From contig CBDCKN010000003.1 of NCBI GenBank assembly GCA_965218295.1, positions 480,001 through 544,000 of the forward strand: a stretch of DNA of 64,000 nt, read 5' to 3'. Below, piece by piece: positions 28,429 to 37,638 of this stretch. A model generated the notes under the pieces. It did no database searches. It was given only the letters and a program-made list of their open reading frames with translations, and was not told the DNA's origin. The DNA comes from Longimicrobiales bacterium (GTDB taxonomy: Bacteria > Gemmatimonadota > Gemmatimonadetes > Longimicrobiales > Gaopeijiaceae). The translations under genes and the position numbers were made by a program. Numbering within the stretch: position 1 is the first letter of the stretch; every line of letters begins with the position of its first letter.

Positions 28429-30239
28429 GCGACGAGACCTCCGCCACCCCGCACGGCGGCCATACCGACGAGACCTCCCCCACCCCGCACGGCGGCCGGA
28501 CTGACGAGCATGCGCCTGACTCCGTCAGCGGCCCGGCCCACCACGACTCACGTGCCCCGCGCCCGGCCGCAGGCCACGTCAACGTGGCGGCCTACCTACC
28601 CGAGACGGCCAGCCGGCAGCCCGATGCTCTGGCGGTAGCGGTGACCGTGGGGAGGAACCCGGACGGGACGGGGCGCTACGCGAAGCTGACGGTGGCCGAG
28701 CTCGACCGGCGCTCCGACCGGATCGCCCACGCCCTCGTCGGCGTCGGAATCGGCGAAGGCGTGCGCACGGTGCTCATGGTCAACCCCAGCCTCGAGTTCT
28801 TCGCCCTTACCTTCGCCATGCTGAAGGTCGGTGCCATCCCCGTCATGGTCGATTCCGGAATGGGAACGAAAAATCTGGGACGCTGCCTGGCGGACGCGGA
28901 GCCCGAGGCGTTCATCGGGATCCCGAAGGCCCACGTGGCCCGGATCGTCCTCGGCTGGGCCAAAGAGACCCTGAAGACCAAGGTCACCGTGGGTCGCCGA
29001 CTGTTCTGGGGCGGACATTCCCTGGCCGCCCTAGAGGCCCGGGCACCGGAGGAGCCCTATCCGGTGCTGGAGCCAGACCCGGAGCAGACCGCTGCCATCC
29101 TGTTCACCAGTGGAAGCACGGGGACCCCCAAGGGAGCAGTGACTCCGTTTCGGGTCTTCGCCGCTCAGGTCGACGCCCTCCGGGATGTCTACGGGATCGA
29201 GCCCGGTGAGCGGGACCTGGCGACGTTCCCACTTTTCGCTCTCTTCGGTCCGGCGCTGGGAATGGCTTCGGTGGTCCCCGATATGGACGCCAGCCGCCCG
29301 GGCGCCGCGGACCCGGAGCTGCTCTTCCAGGCGTTCCGTGACTTCGAGTGCACCAACCTCTTCGCCTCTCCGGCGCTCATCGACAAGCTGGGACGGTACT
29401 GCGACGACCAGGGTCTCGAGCTGACCTCCCTGCGCCGCGCGATCTCGGCGGGGGCTCCGGCGTCGAATCCGGCCCTGGAGACGTTCCAGCGGTGCCTCCC
29501 GGCGGGAGTCGAAGTGCTCACGTCCTACGGTGCCACGGAGTCGTTGCCCATCTCGTACCTGGGGAGCGAGACCATCCTCCGGGAGACTCGGCAAATCACG
29601 GACCAGGGCGGAGGCGTCTGTGTCGGGAGACCGGTGCCCGGAATGGACGTCCGGATCATCCCTATCCACGACGATCCCGTCGAGCGCTGGTCTGACGATC
29701 TTGCTCTGCCCGTGGGCGAGATCGGCGAGATCGTCGTCCGCGGCCCGGTGGTGACACCGTCGTACTATAACCGGCCGGAGTCTACCAGGCTGGCGAAGAT
29801 CCCCACGCCCGAAGAAGGGCCCTGGCACCGCATGGGAGACGTGGGCTACCTCGACCAGAGCGGGCGCCTCTGGATGTGCGGCCGCAAGGGCCACCGGGTC
29901 GAGACCGAAAGGGGTACGCTCTTCACGATCCCGTGCGAGGCCGTCTTCAACACCCATCCCGCGGTTCGCCGGAGCGCACTGGTAGGGGTGGCACAGGCGG
30001 GCAGGACGATACCGGTCCTGTGTGTGGAAAGGGAGCCCCCTGCCACCCTCGACGACAGCGTGCTCACTCAGGAGCTCCTCGCCATCGCACAGAAGCATGA
30101 GCACACGCGGGAGATCGCCACGGTGCTCCACCACCCGTCCCTCCCGGTGGATGTGCGCCACAATGCGAAGATCTTCCGCGAGGAGCTGGCGGCATGGGCC
30201 CAGAAGAAGCTGGGGTCGGCCCGGAGGAAGCTGACGTGA
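28425..30239 (+). CDS. oleC: OleC beta-lactone synthetase (ANL family)
   Basis: FTSGSTGTPKG, TFPLFALF, YGATE, WHRMGD and VDVRHNAKI. ATGA overlap with oleB. Confidence 0.9.
   Translation: MSDETSATPHGGHTDETSPTPHGGRTDEHAPDSVSGPAHHDSRAPRPAAGHVNVAAYLPETASRQPDALAVAVTVGRNPDGTGRYAKLTVAELDRRSDRIAHALVGVGIGEGVRTVLMVNPSLEFFALTFAMLKVGAIPVMVDSGMGTKNLGRCLADAEPEAFIGIPKAHVARIVLGWAKETLKTKVTVGRRLFWGGHSLAALEARAPEEPYPVLEPDPEQTAAILFTSGSTGTPKGAVTPFRVFAAQVDALRDVYGIEPGERDLATFPLFALFGPALGMASVVPDMDASRPGAADPELLFQAFRDFECTNLFASPALIDKLGRYCDDQGLELTSLRRAISAGAPASNPALETFQRCLPAGVEVLTSYGATESLPISYLGSETILRETRQITDQGGGVCVGRPVPGMDVRIIPIHDDPVERWSDDLALPVGEIGEIVVRGPVVTPSYYNRPESTRLAKIPTPEEGPWHRMGDVGYLDQSGRLWMCGRKGHRVETERGTLFTIPCEAVFNTHPAVRRSALVGVAQAGRTIPVLCVEREPPATLDDSVLTQELLAIAQKHEHTREIATVLHHPSLPVDVRHNAKIFREELAAWAQKKLGSARRKLT
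28431..28508 (+). repeat. 36-bp tandem repeat (about 2.2 copies) at the oleC 5' end
   Basis: gacgagacctccgccaccccgcacggcggccatacc / gacgagacctcccccaccccgcacggcggccggact / gacgag. Confidence 0.9.
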
Positions 30240-31255
30240 AGGCCCTCGTCACCGGCGCGGCCGGCTTTGTGGGAGGCGCCATCGCGCGGGCTCTAAAAGA
30301 ACGGGGCGACGATGTTCGCGGATTCTCCCGAGGAGACTATCCCGAGCTGGCGGCCCGAGGTGTCGAGCAGCACCGTGGTAACGTGGGTGAAGCGAACGCC
30401 GTGACGGAAGCTGTCCGGGGCATGGACATCGTCTTTCACACGGCCGCAAAGGTGGCCGCCGGAGGGCGCCACAGGGACTTCTACGACACGAACGTGAGGG
30501 GCACCGAGAACGTCATTGCTGCCTGCCGGGAATGCGGCGTGGGGGCCCTGGTCTACACGTCTACGCCGAGCGTCACTTTCGGGCTCACGGACTTAGAGGG
30601 CGTGGACGAGTCCATCGGTTACTCCGACTACTTCGAGGCCTTTTACGGTGAGACCAAGGCCGAGGCCGAGCGTCGGGTCCTGGCAGCGGCCTCGGAAAGG
30701 CTCCGTACCGTGGCCCTGAGACCTCACCTGGTATGGGGTCCGGGCGATACGTCCGTCCTGCCTCGTGTCGTGGAGCGCGCTCGGAAAGGCCAGCTCCGTC
30801 GCATCGACGGTCCTCCGAAGCGCTCGGGCCACACATACATCGACGACGCCGTCCGTGCGCACCTGCTCGCCGCCGATCGGCTCCTGGCCGGCGGAGATGG
30901 GGCCTCTCGCATCAACGGCCGTCCCTACTTCATCACCGCGGGAGAGCCGGTCGAGATCTGGAGCTTCCTGAACGGTCTGCTGGGCGCAGCAGGAGTTCCC
31001 CCGGTCGAGAAGCGCATATCGTTCCGGACCGCCATGGCCGCCGCATGGGTCTTCGAGAAGCTGCACGCCCTGTCCGGGGGCAAGGGCGAGCCCCGGGTGA
31101 GCCGGTGGATCGTCCGGGAGCTCACCACGTCCCACTGGTTCGACATCAGCGCCGCCCGTAGGGACCTGGGCTACGAGCCTCGGGTGTCGATGGAGGAGGG
31201 GATGCGCCGGCTCGCGGCCTGGGTGACAGAGCAGGGTGGAGTTCCCCATGCCTGA
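30236..31255 (+). CDS. oleD: OleD 2-alkyl-3-oxoalkanoate reductase (extended SDR)
   Basis: VTGAAGFVG, VFHTAAK, YTSTPSV, YGETK and LRPHLVWGPGD. GTGA overlap with oleC. Confidence 0.9.
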   Translation: MKALVTGAAGFVGGAIARALKERGDDVRGFSRGDYPELAARGVEQHRGNVGEANAVTEAVRGMDIVFHTAAKVAAGGRHRDFYDTNVRGTENVIAACRECGVGALVYTSTPSVTFGLTDLEGVDESIGYSDYFEAFYGETKAEAERRVLAAASERLRTVALRPHLVWGPGDTSVLPRVVERARKGQLRRIDGPPKRSGHTYIDDAVRAHLLAADRLLAGGDGASRINGRPYFITAGEPVEIWSFLNGLLGAAGVPPVEKRISFRTAMAAAWVFEKLHALSGGKGEPRVSRWIVRELTTSHWFDISAARRDLGYEPRVSMEEGMRRLAAWVTEQGGVPHA

Positions 31256-31436
31256 AGGCTGGCGGCCCGCGGTGGAATGGAGCCCACCCGATAACGACGT
31301 CATAGACGTGTGGCGGTTGGACCTGACCGTCCTGGAAGACGACTGGGACCTCCTCAGCCCCGACGAGTCCGAGCGCGCGAGCCGCATCCTTGCGCGCTAC
31401 CTCGGCCACCCTATTCCTCGCCCTATTCCTGCTTGA
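31248..31436 (+). pseudogene. Sfp-type 4'-phosphopantetheinyl transferase remnant
   Basis: IDVWRLDL...LLSPDESERASR and ILARYLG are Sfp N-terminal motifs. The segment between them is missing and the frame stops after 62 codons, with no G.D.E or W..KE motifs. Confidence 0.75.
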
Positions 31437-31517
31437 GCGCCTGGATCGGATCCACCGACGCGGCTCGCCGTCCGAAGCACTTCACGAAGCCGATCGTGGG
31501 GCAGCGCGAGGCTGACA

Positions 31518-32078
31518 TCACGGCACCCAGGTCGTGAGTTCCGTGGCCGGCCGCCGGGCTTTCCCTTCCGGTTGGCTCTCGGGCTCGCCGACGTGGACGG
31601 TAGCCACGATCCTCTCCCCGTCGGGGAGTCCGACCGCTGCACGAGCGGCGGGGTCGTCCATGACAGCGCCCGTCCTGATGTGGGTCCCCAGCCCCATCGT
31701 TTGCGCGACGAGCGACAGGTTCTGGATGCCCATGTACGCCGCCGCGTAGTCTTCCTCGCGGATCTCGGGGTTGTCGTGCAGTGTTATGGCGACCGCGAGC
31801 ATGGCCGGCAGCGCCTCGTGGGTCTCGGCCACCTTCTCAACGACGGCCTTGGCCGCCTCGGGATCATCGACCCGTCTGGCCTTCCGGCGCCCAAGGGCCT
31901 CACCATAGGCGCGCCGTGACCGGGGGCCGAGCACATAGAAACGCCACGGCTCCGTCATTCGGTGGTTCGGGGCCTGACAGGCCGCGCTGAGCAGCTGCTC
32001 GATCTCCTCCCGCGTTACGGGATGATCGGTGAACGTCTTGATCGAGCGACGAGCGTTGATAGAATCGAGGATGTTCAT
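31518..32078 (-). CDS. Nitroreductase family protein
   Basis: RRSIK.F, APNH..TEPWRF, IQNLSL and GLGT. Confidence 0.9.
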   Translation of the reverse strand: MNILDSINARRSIKTFTDHPVTREEIEQLLSAACQAPNHRMTEPWRFYVLGPRSRRAYGEALGRRKARRVDDPEAAKAVVEKVAETHEALPAMLAVAITLHDNPEIREEDYAAAYMGIQNLSLVAQTMGLGTHIRTGAVMDDPAARAAVGLPDGERIVATVHVGEPESQPEGKARRPATELTTWVP

Positions 32079-32160
32079 ACGCCGGAGGTAAGGGTCTGCG
32101 CGTGTCCGAAGGCTGTACAATTTTCGACGATCCCGCCCACCGCGCCAGGGAGGACGGAAG

Positions 32161-33321
32161 TCAGCTCGCCGAGCCGACCTCCTCCGGCGCCCGCCCGACG
32201 ATCCGCTCGTACACCTCCGGATCCGTTGCTCCTTCCGTGACGATCGCGAGGACCCGAGCGTCCACCCCCATCCGTAGGGCCGATCTCAGCGACGGCGCCG
32301 ACGCGACCGCCTCCAGACCCGCCAGGCCGGCCACCCCCGACTCCCCGGCCACGACGGGGGGGTCGCCATCGCGGCCCTCGGCCAGTCGCCTCATGAGGGG
32401 CTCGACACGCTCCTCCCCGACCGTCATGAAGGCGTCGACGCCGGGCTCGAGGATCGTCCACGCAAGGGGCGAGATCTCTTCACAGGAGAGACCTCCCATG
32501 ATCGTGTGGAGCGAGCCGGAGGCGTGTGACGGCGAGCCAGCGACGGCGCTCTGATAGAGGCAGTCGGCCTCCTCGGGCTCTACAACGGCGAGGATCGGGC
32601 GCTCGACACCGTCCAGCTCCCAGAGGTGGCCGCACACGGTTGCGGCCAGACCGCCTACCCCACCCTGGAGGAAGACGTGGGTGGGTCGCTGTTTGTTCGG
32701 CATCTGCCCCAGGATCTCGTCCACCATCACACTGTAGCCCTGCATGACCCAGCGCGGGACTTCCCGGTACCCTTCGTACGAGGTGTCCGAGACCACGTGC
32801 CACCCGTTGTGCCGAGCATCCGCGTCCGCCTGGGCCACCGCCTCGTCGTAGGTCCCCTGCACCCGGACGGTCCGGGCGCCGAAGGCCGCGATCTCATCCA
32901 CTCGCCGCTCGGTCACGTGCTCCGGCAGATAGATAACGCACTGGCAGCCGTGGTTCCTGGCGCCCCACGCGACAGAGCGCCCATGGTTCCCGTCGGTCGC
33001 GGACGTAACGGTGATCGTATGGCTGAGTGCGTGACGGTCATCGCCGAGCTCGCGCTCCAGCACCCGCAACACGCCATAGGCCCCACCCAGCGCCTTGAAG
33101 CTCGCGAGGCCGAAGCGGGTCGACTCGTCCTTGAGCCAGAGCTCGCTCACTCCGAGGTCACGGGCCAGAACAGGGAGGGAATGGAGCGGAGTCGGGTGAT
33201 AATCCGGCCAACCCCGGATCTCCCCCGCGGCGCGCTCGTACTCGGCGAGGCTGATGACCGCCCGCTCCGAGTTCCAGTAGGGGCGCACCCGGTCCAGGTT
33301 CGGATTGAGAATGAAGGACAT
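32161..33321 (-). CDS. dpaL: Diaminopropionate ammonia-lyase (PLP-dependent)
   Basis: Y.PTPL, KDESTRFGLASFKALGG, ATDGNHGR, SDTSY.GY, QGGVGG and GESGVAG. Confidence 0.9.
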   Translation of the reverse strand: MSFILNPNLDRVRPYWNSERAVISLAEYERAAGEIRGWPDYHPTPLHSLPVLARDLGVSELWLKDESTRFGLASFKALGGAYGVLRVLERELGDDRHALSHTITVTSATDGNHGRSVAWGARNHGCQCVIYLPEHVTERRVDEIAAFGARTVRVQGTYDEAVAQADADARHNGWHVVSDTSYEGYREVPRWVMQGYSVMVDEILGQMPNKQRPTHVFLQGGVGGLAATVCGHLWELDGVERPILAVVEPEEADCLYQSAVAGSPSHASGSLHTIMGGLSCEEISPLAWTILEPGVDAFMTVGEERVEPLMRRLAEGRDGDPPVVAGESGVAGLAGLEAVASAPSLRSALRMGVDARVLAIVTEGATDPEVYERIVGRAPEEVGSAS

Positions 33322-33323
33322 CC

Positions 33324-33680
33324 TCAGTCCGCCCCCGGGATCGCCGCCGGCCGTCCCGAATGCACCCGCTCTGCGTAGAGGGACGCCGAAAGATCGCCCA
33401 CGACATTCAGCGCCGTCCGGCCCATGTCGAGCAGGCGATCCACGCCCAGGATCACTGCGATGCCGACCGGTGGCACCCCCGCCACGCCCAGCGTCACCGA
33501 CAGGAAGACCAAGGGAATCACAGTCATGAAGAGAACGCGGAGGAAGATCTGACCTGCGGGATCGGCGACGTTGTCCGCAAACCAAAGAATCCAGCCGGCG
33601 CCGGGAAGGAGTGCGGCGGCCAGCCCACCTGCCACTGCCCCCAAAAGGAGGCCAAAACCGATCTTCGCTTGTGTCTTCAA
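33324..33680 (-). pseudogene. Dicarboxylate/amino acid:cation symporter with a large in-frame internal deletion
   Basis: TTG start with an AGGAG RBS. The N-terminal GQIFLRVLFMTVIPLVF is joined directly to the C-terminal GIAVILGVDRLLDMGRTALNVVGD, giving ~118 aa versus ~400+ typical. Confidence 0.85.
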
Positions 33681-34001
33681 CAGGATGGCTCCTGGTGCGT
33701 CCCGAAGAGGCGACGCCGCCGCATGCTGCAGCAGATTGTGTACCAGCCGAGGAAGCCCCCGGGCGGCCAACCGGCGGCGACACTGCTCACTCCTGGTCGA
33801 GAAGAAGAGGACAATCTATTCGGCACGCACAGGACCGCCAGCCAGTGGGGAAGACGCCTCGTCACGGAGGACGGCCCCAGACGGAGGTGCGTTCGCTTAT
33901 CGACGGGGACTGGCCCATGCGGCCTCGTCCCTGTACGATCGGTACTTGAATCGACGCGGGGGCGGTGGCGGTGAGGGCAGGTTCCTCTCGGCGGAGATCT
34001 G

Positions 34002-34622
34002 ATGGGCAAGAGTCGCCTCGGGTTGTTCCTGATCTTGGCCGGCGCGGCCGTCGTTGGGGCCTGCGACATCAGGCCCGAGGAGAGGGTCATGCTGGGACCC
34101 CACGATGGACTCGACCTCCCGGCGGTGGACACGGGACGAGTGAAGGTGGGCGACGTGGCGCCAGATTTCTCGGCCGTGAGCTACGACGGCCCGGTCATCA
34201 CGCTCTCGGACTATCGGGGGGAGAAGAACGTCGTCCTGGTCTTCTACCGGGGACACTGGTGACCCTGGTGCGCCGGTCAGCTCGGGAAGCTGAGAGAATT
34301 CCTGTCGCCGGAGCAAAAGGAGACCACGGAGGTTCTGGCCCTCTCGGTGGACGATCGTGAGAAGCTGCAGATGATGATCGACCGCGTCGCCAAGAACGAC
34401 GGTATGCTCATCGAGTTTCCGCTGCTCTCCGATCCCGACCACCGCATCATCGACCGCTACGGGCTGTTCAACCCCGACGACGCGAAGATGAGACCGATGC
34501 CCCACCCCACGACGCTCGTCATCGACAAACAGGGTGTCGTACGCTGGAAGTTCGTTGAGATGGACCCAAGAATCCGCCCAACCAACGAGGACGTCCTCGC
34601 TGCACTGGCGGCTCTGGACTGA
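34002..34622 (+). CDS. Peroxiredoxin-like (AhpC/TSA) selenoprotein with a UxxC motif and lipoprotein signal; TGA 34260-34262 read as Sec
   Basis: ORFs 34002..34262 and 34347..34622 are in one frame and join as VLVFYRGHW-TGA-PWCAGQL. Prx motifs VGDVAPDF, LLSDPD and P.TLVIDKQGVVRW. Confidence 0.88.
34277..34293 (+). promoter_or_regulatory. Candidate bacterial SECIS hairpin
   Basis: TCAGCT-CGGGA-AGCTGA stem-loop. The loop starts ~21 nt after the UGA and has G at loop position 2. Confidence 0.7.
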
Positions 34623-34691
34623 TCGCAGCCACGGGAGCGGGGGCCCGGGAGGCCGATCCTGTCGACGACGGCCCAACCGGGAGGAGTCTGC

Positions 34692-36582
34692 ATGAAGCCC
34701 GCGATTGCGTTGATCGGCTGTGCCCTGGTCGGGGCCCTACCTGTTTCGTCGCAGACCCCACAGTTCGTTGCCGATGGTGTGGCGGTACTTCCCGTGCGCA
34801 CCCGCGCCGACATCCCGCCTCAAAACGCCGGTTGGGTGGAGCTGGAGGACTACCTGCTCGTGATCGACGGCGGGCCCGGTGACGGCGGATCCGAGGTGCT
34901 CGAGGTCGCCCGCCGCTCGACCGGGAAGCCCGTCCGTTTCGCGCTACGCACGTTAGGCGGCCCGGACGACGTGTGGGGTGCAGAGCCGGAGGGCCTGACC
35001 TGGCTTTCGGCCGTCACGGCCGATGTCGTGGGATGCGGCTCGATCGACGGACGTTGCCGGCCCCGCGGGGGCGTCTGCCGTGCCGTCCGGTCCCGTGCTA
35101 CGGGTCCCGTCGGGAGCCACATTGGAGGACTCCGGGCGTCGCGTGGAACTCCACCACGTCGACGATCGGGCGGGCAGCGCCCTTGCCGTCTACGTGGCCG
35201 ATACCGGCGTCCTCTTCGCCGGTGACCTGATCGGTCGAGGCCGGGGCTCCACGCCCCTGCCCATCGATGCTTGGATCCGATCCCTCAAGCGCCTCGAGCG
35301 CGTGGACCCCGGGGTTGTCGTCCCCGGAAGGGGTCGGGCGGAGGGCCCCGAGGTGCTCGAGGCGACTCGCACCGCTCTGGAGAGCCTCAAGGGACGCGTT
35401 TCCGAGGCGATAGCCACCGGCAGCAGCCGGGAGCAGGTATTGGAGGCCGTGGGGCCGGACGACTTCGAGGTCCTCCCGGAGAGCACCGTAGGTGAGGTAT
35501 TCGACGAGGTGGCCGGCCTCCGTCCGGCCACCGCCTTCGTGGAGGAGCTGGGACTTCGGGAGGGGCCCTCCCCGACAGCCGCCACCCCAGGGTGGACTCG
35601 CCCCACCAAGGTCGTGGTGGCCGACTTCTGGCCGGGACGCACGACGCAGCTCGCCCTGGTCGCGCCCCGAGTCGAAGTCATCGTGGCGGCCAACCCACGC
35701 GAGGCCGCCGAAGCCGGACAGGACGCCGACGCCATCCTGGGATGGCTCACGCCCCGGATCTTCAGCGAAGCGCGGAACCTCCGATGGGTCCAGCTCAATG
35801 CCGCCGGCGTGGAGGGCTACGTGGCCATCCCAGGCTTCGCCGAGAGCGACATCGTCCTGTCCAACGCCCAGCGGATCTTCGGCCCCGGGGGCGCCGAGCA
35901 CGTCCTGGGCATGGTGCTGACGCTGAGCCGCCGCCTCCACACCGCCCTGGAATTGCAGCGGGAGCGCCGGTGGGACATCACACCCCTCACCGGCCCCACG
36001 CCCTACACGGGAGCGGGTAGTGAGCTGCTCGAGCTCCGGGGCCGGACGCTGTTGGTGGTGGGGTTGGGCGGCATCGGGACCGAGGTGGCCCGTGTGGCGA
36101 GCGGAATCGGCATGCGGGTCATCGCCACGCGCGGGAGCAGCCGAAGCGGACCGCCGTTCGTGGACTACGTGGGCCTCTCTTCCGAGCTCCTGACGCTGGC
36201 GCCAAAGGCCGACGTCATCGTGAACAGCGTCCCCCTCACCGCCGCCACCGAGAAGATGTTCGACGACGGCTTCTTCGAGGTGACGAAGCCCACGGCGTTC
36301 TTCGTCAACATCGGACGCGGCCGTACGGTGGACACCGACGCCCTCATACGAGCCCTTCGTGAGGGACGGATCGCGGGAGCGGGTCTGGATGTCACCGAGC
36401 CCGAGCCGCTCCCCGTCGACCACGAGCTCTGGGGCATGCCCAACGTTCTTATCACCCCACACCTCGGCGGGGACGGGGACGGTCACATGGAGCGCATGTG
36501 GCTCCTGTTCAGAGAAAACCTCCGCCGCTTCGTGAACGGAGAGCCATTGCTGTCGGTGGTGGACAAGCGCCGGGGGTATTGA
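34692..36582 (+). CDS. Exported fusion of a degenerate MBL-fold domain and a D-2-hydroxyacid dehydrogenase, frameshifted near 35025
   Basis: Signal peptide, MBL-like NAGWV..LLVIDGG, VLFAGDL and VVVPG, then D2HDH motifs VVGLGGIG, NIGRG, LDVTEPEPLP and ITPH. Confidence 0.75.
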
Positions 36583-36588
36583 GTCGGC

Positions 36589-37470
36589 TCAGACGCCGAA
36601 CTTGCTGAAGTACCCGACCACCAGGGCGCCGCCGGCCGGCAGATTCCGGCCATCCAGCGGCACCCGCCAACCGAGCTCGAACGCTCCCAGTGCGGTCTCG
36701 TACCACAGGGATGGCGTTACCTGAAGGTAGTGGCGCTGGCTGTTGACGATGGGGATGCCCTCCTGGATGGGCGTGTCCCCGTTCCACCCCTCGGCGACCA
36801 GCTTGTATTGGAATCTCCCAACGGCCCCACCCACCTGCGCGAGGAAGAAGATCTCCTCTCCCGGATCGATGGCCGCCTTTTCATTGAGCTCCCGCTGCCG
36901 ATAACCGACCCACCCGTTCACGTACACGGAGCGGGGCCAGAAAGAGTGCCCTATCTCGGCCATGATCTCCCAGTCCGTCTGACCTTCGCTGAGGGGGATG
37001 ATCTCCGCGTCGATGGGGGCCTCGCCGACGGGAATCTTCACGCCACCGCGGATGGCGAACGGAAGGTCAACACCCAGGTACTTCAGCGGAGCCACCCTCA
37101 ACCAGACGTTGGCGTCACCCAGCCCCTCCGTCGACCGGTCGCCACCGGTGTCGGAGAAGGACAGGGAGTTGAGGGAGCCCCGAGCCCACAGGTCCCAATT
37201 CGAGATCAGGCCCACCGATGCGGTGACGAACAAGGCCGTGGACGTGGCGTGGCCGTCGAAGGGGATGGCGTTCTTGTTGCCGTGCAGGTCATAGCGGTCT
37301 CTGGTGTCGTGGTGGTACACCTCGGCGCTGATCCACCCCTTGCCCGGTGCCTCCACCCACTGGGCATCCACCGCGCCCGGCAGTAGCAGCATCGGTCCAG
37401 CAACAACGGCAGTCCGCAAGACGAGGAGCGCGGCGCGATCGGATGTAGTGCGAAGCAGCTGGAAACCCAT
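36589..37470 (-). CDS. Exported probable outer-membrane beta-barrel ('transporter'-like) protein
   Basis: Signal peptide ending VDA-QW, GLGDA and GVKIPVG motifs, amphipathic beta-strand pattern and an aromatic residue near the C-terminus. Confidence 0.6.
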   Translation of the reverse strand: MGFQLLRTTSDRAALLVLRTAVVAGPMLLLPGAVDAQWVEAPGKGWISAEVYHHDTRDRYDLHGNKNAIPFDGHATSTALFVTASVGLISNWDLWARGSLNSLSFSDTGGDRSTEGLGDANVWLRVAPLKYLGVDLPFAIRGGVKIPVGEAPIDAEIIPLSEGQTDWEIMAEIGHSFWPRSVYVNGWVGYRQRELNEKAAIDPGEEIFFLAQVGGAVGRFQYKLVAEGWNGDTPIQEGIPIVNSQRHYLQVTPSLWYETALGAFELGWRVPLDGRNLPAGGALVVGYFSKFGV

Positions 37471-37638
37471 TCATCTCCCCCCAGGAAGGATCCACTCCGG
37501 ACGGCCGCTCCGTAGAGGTCCGCGCCCGGCCACCTGTATGAATCATGGCGAATCGACAAAGGTTCCGGCAGCGGGGTCCTCATCGGCGATCGCACGAGTG
37601 GGTCCGGGCGAGGAACCGCCAGGTATCCGGGGTGTCCG

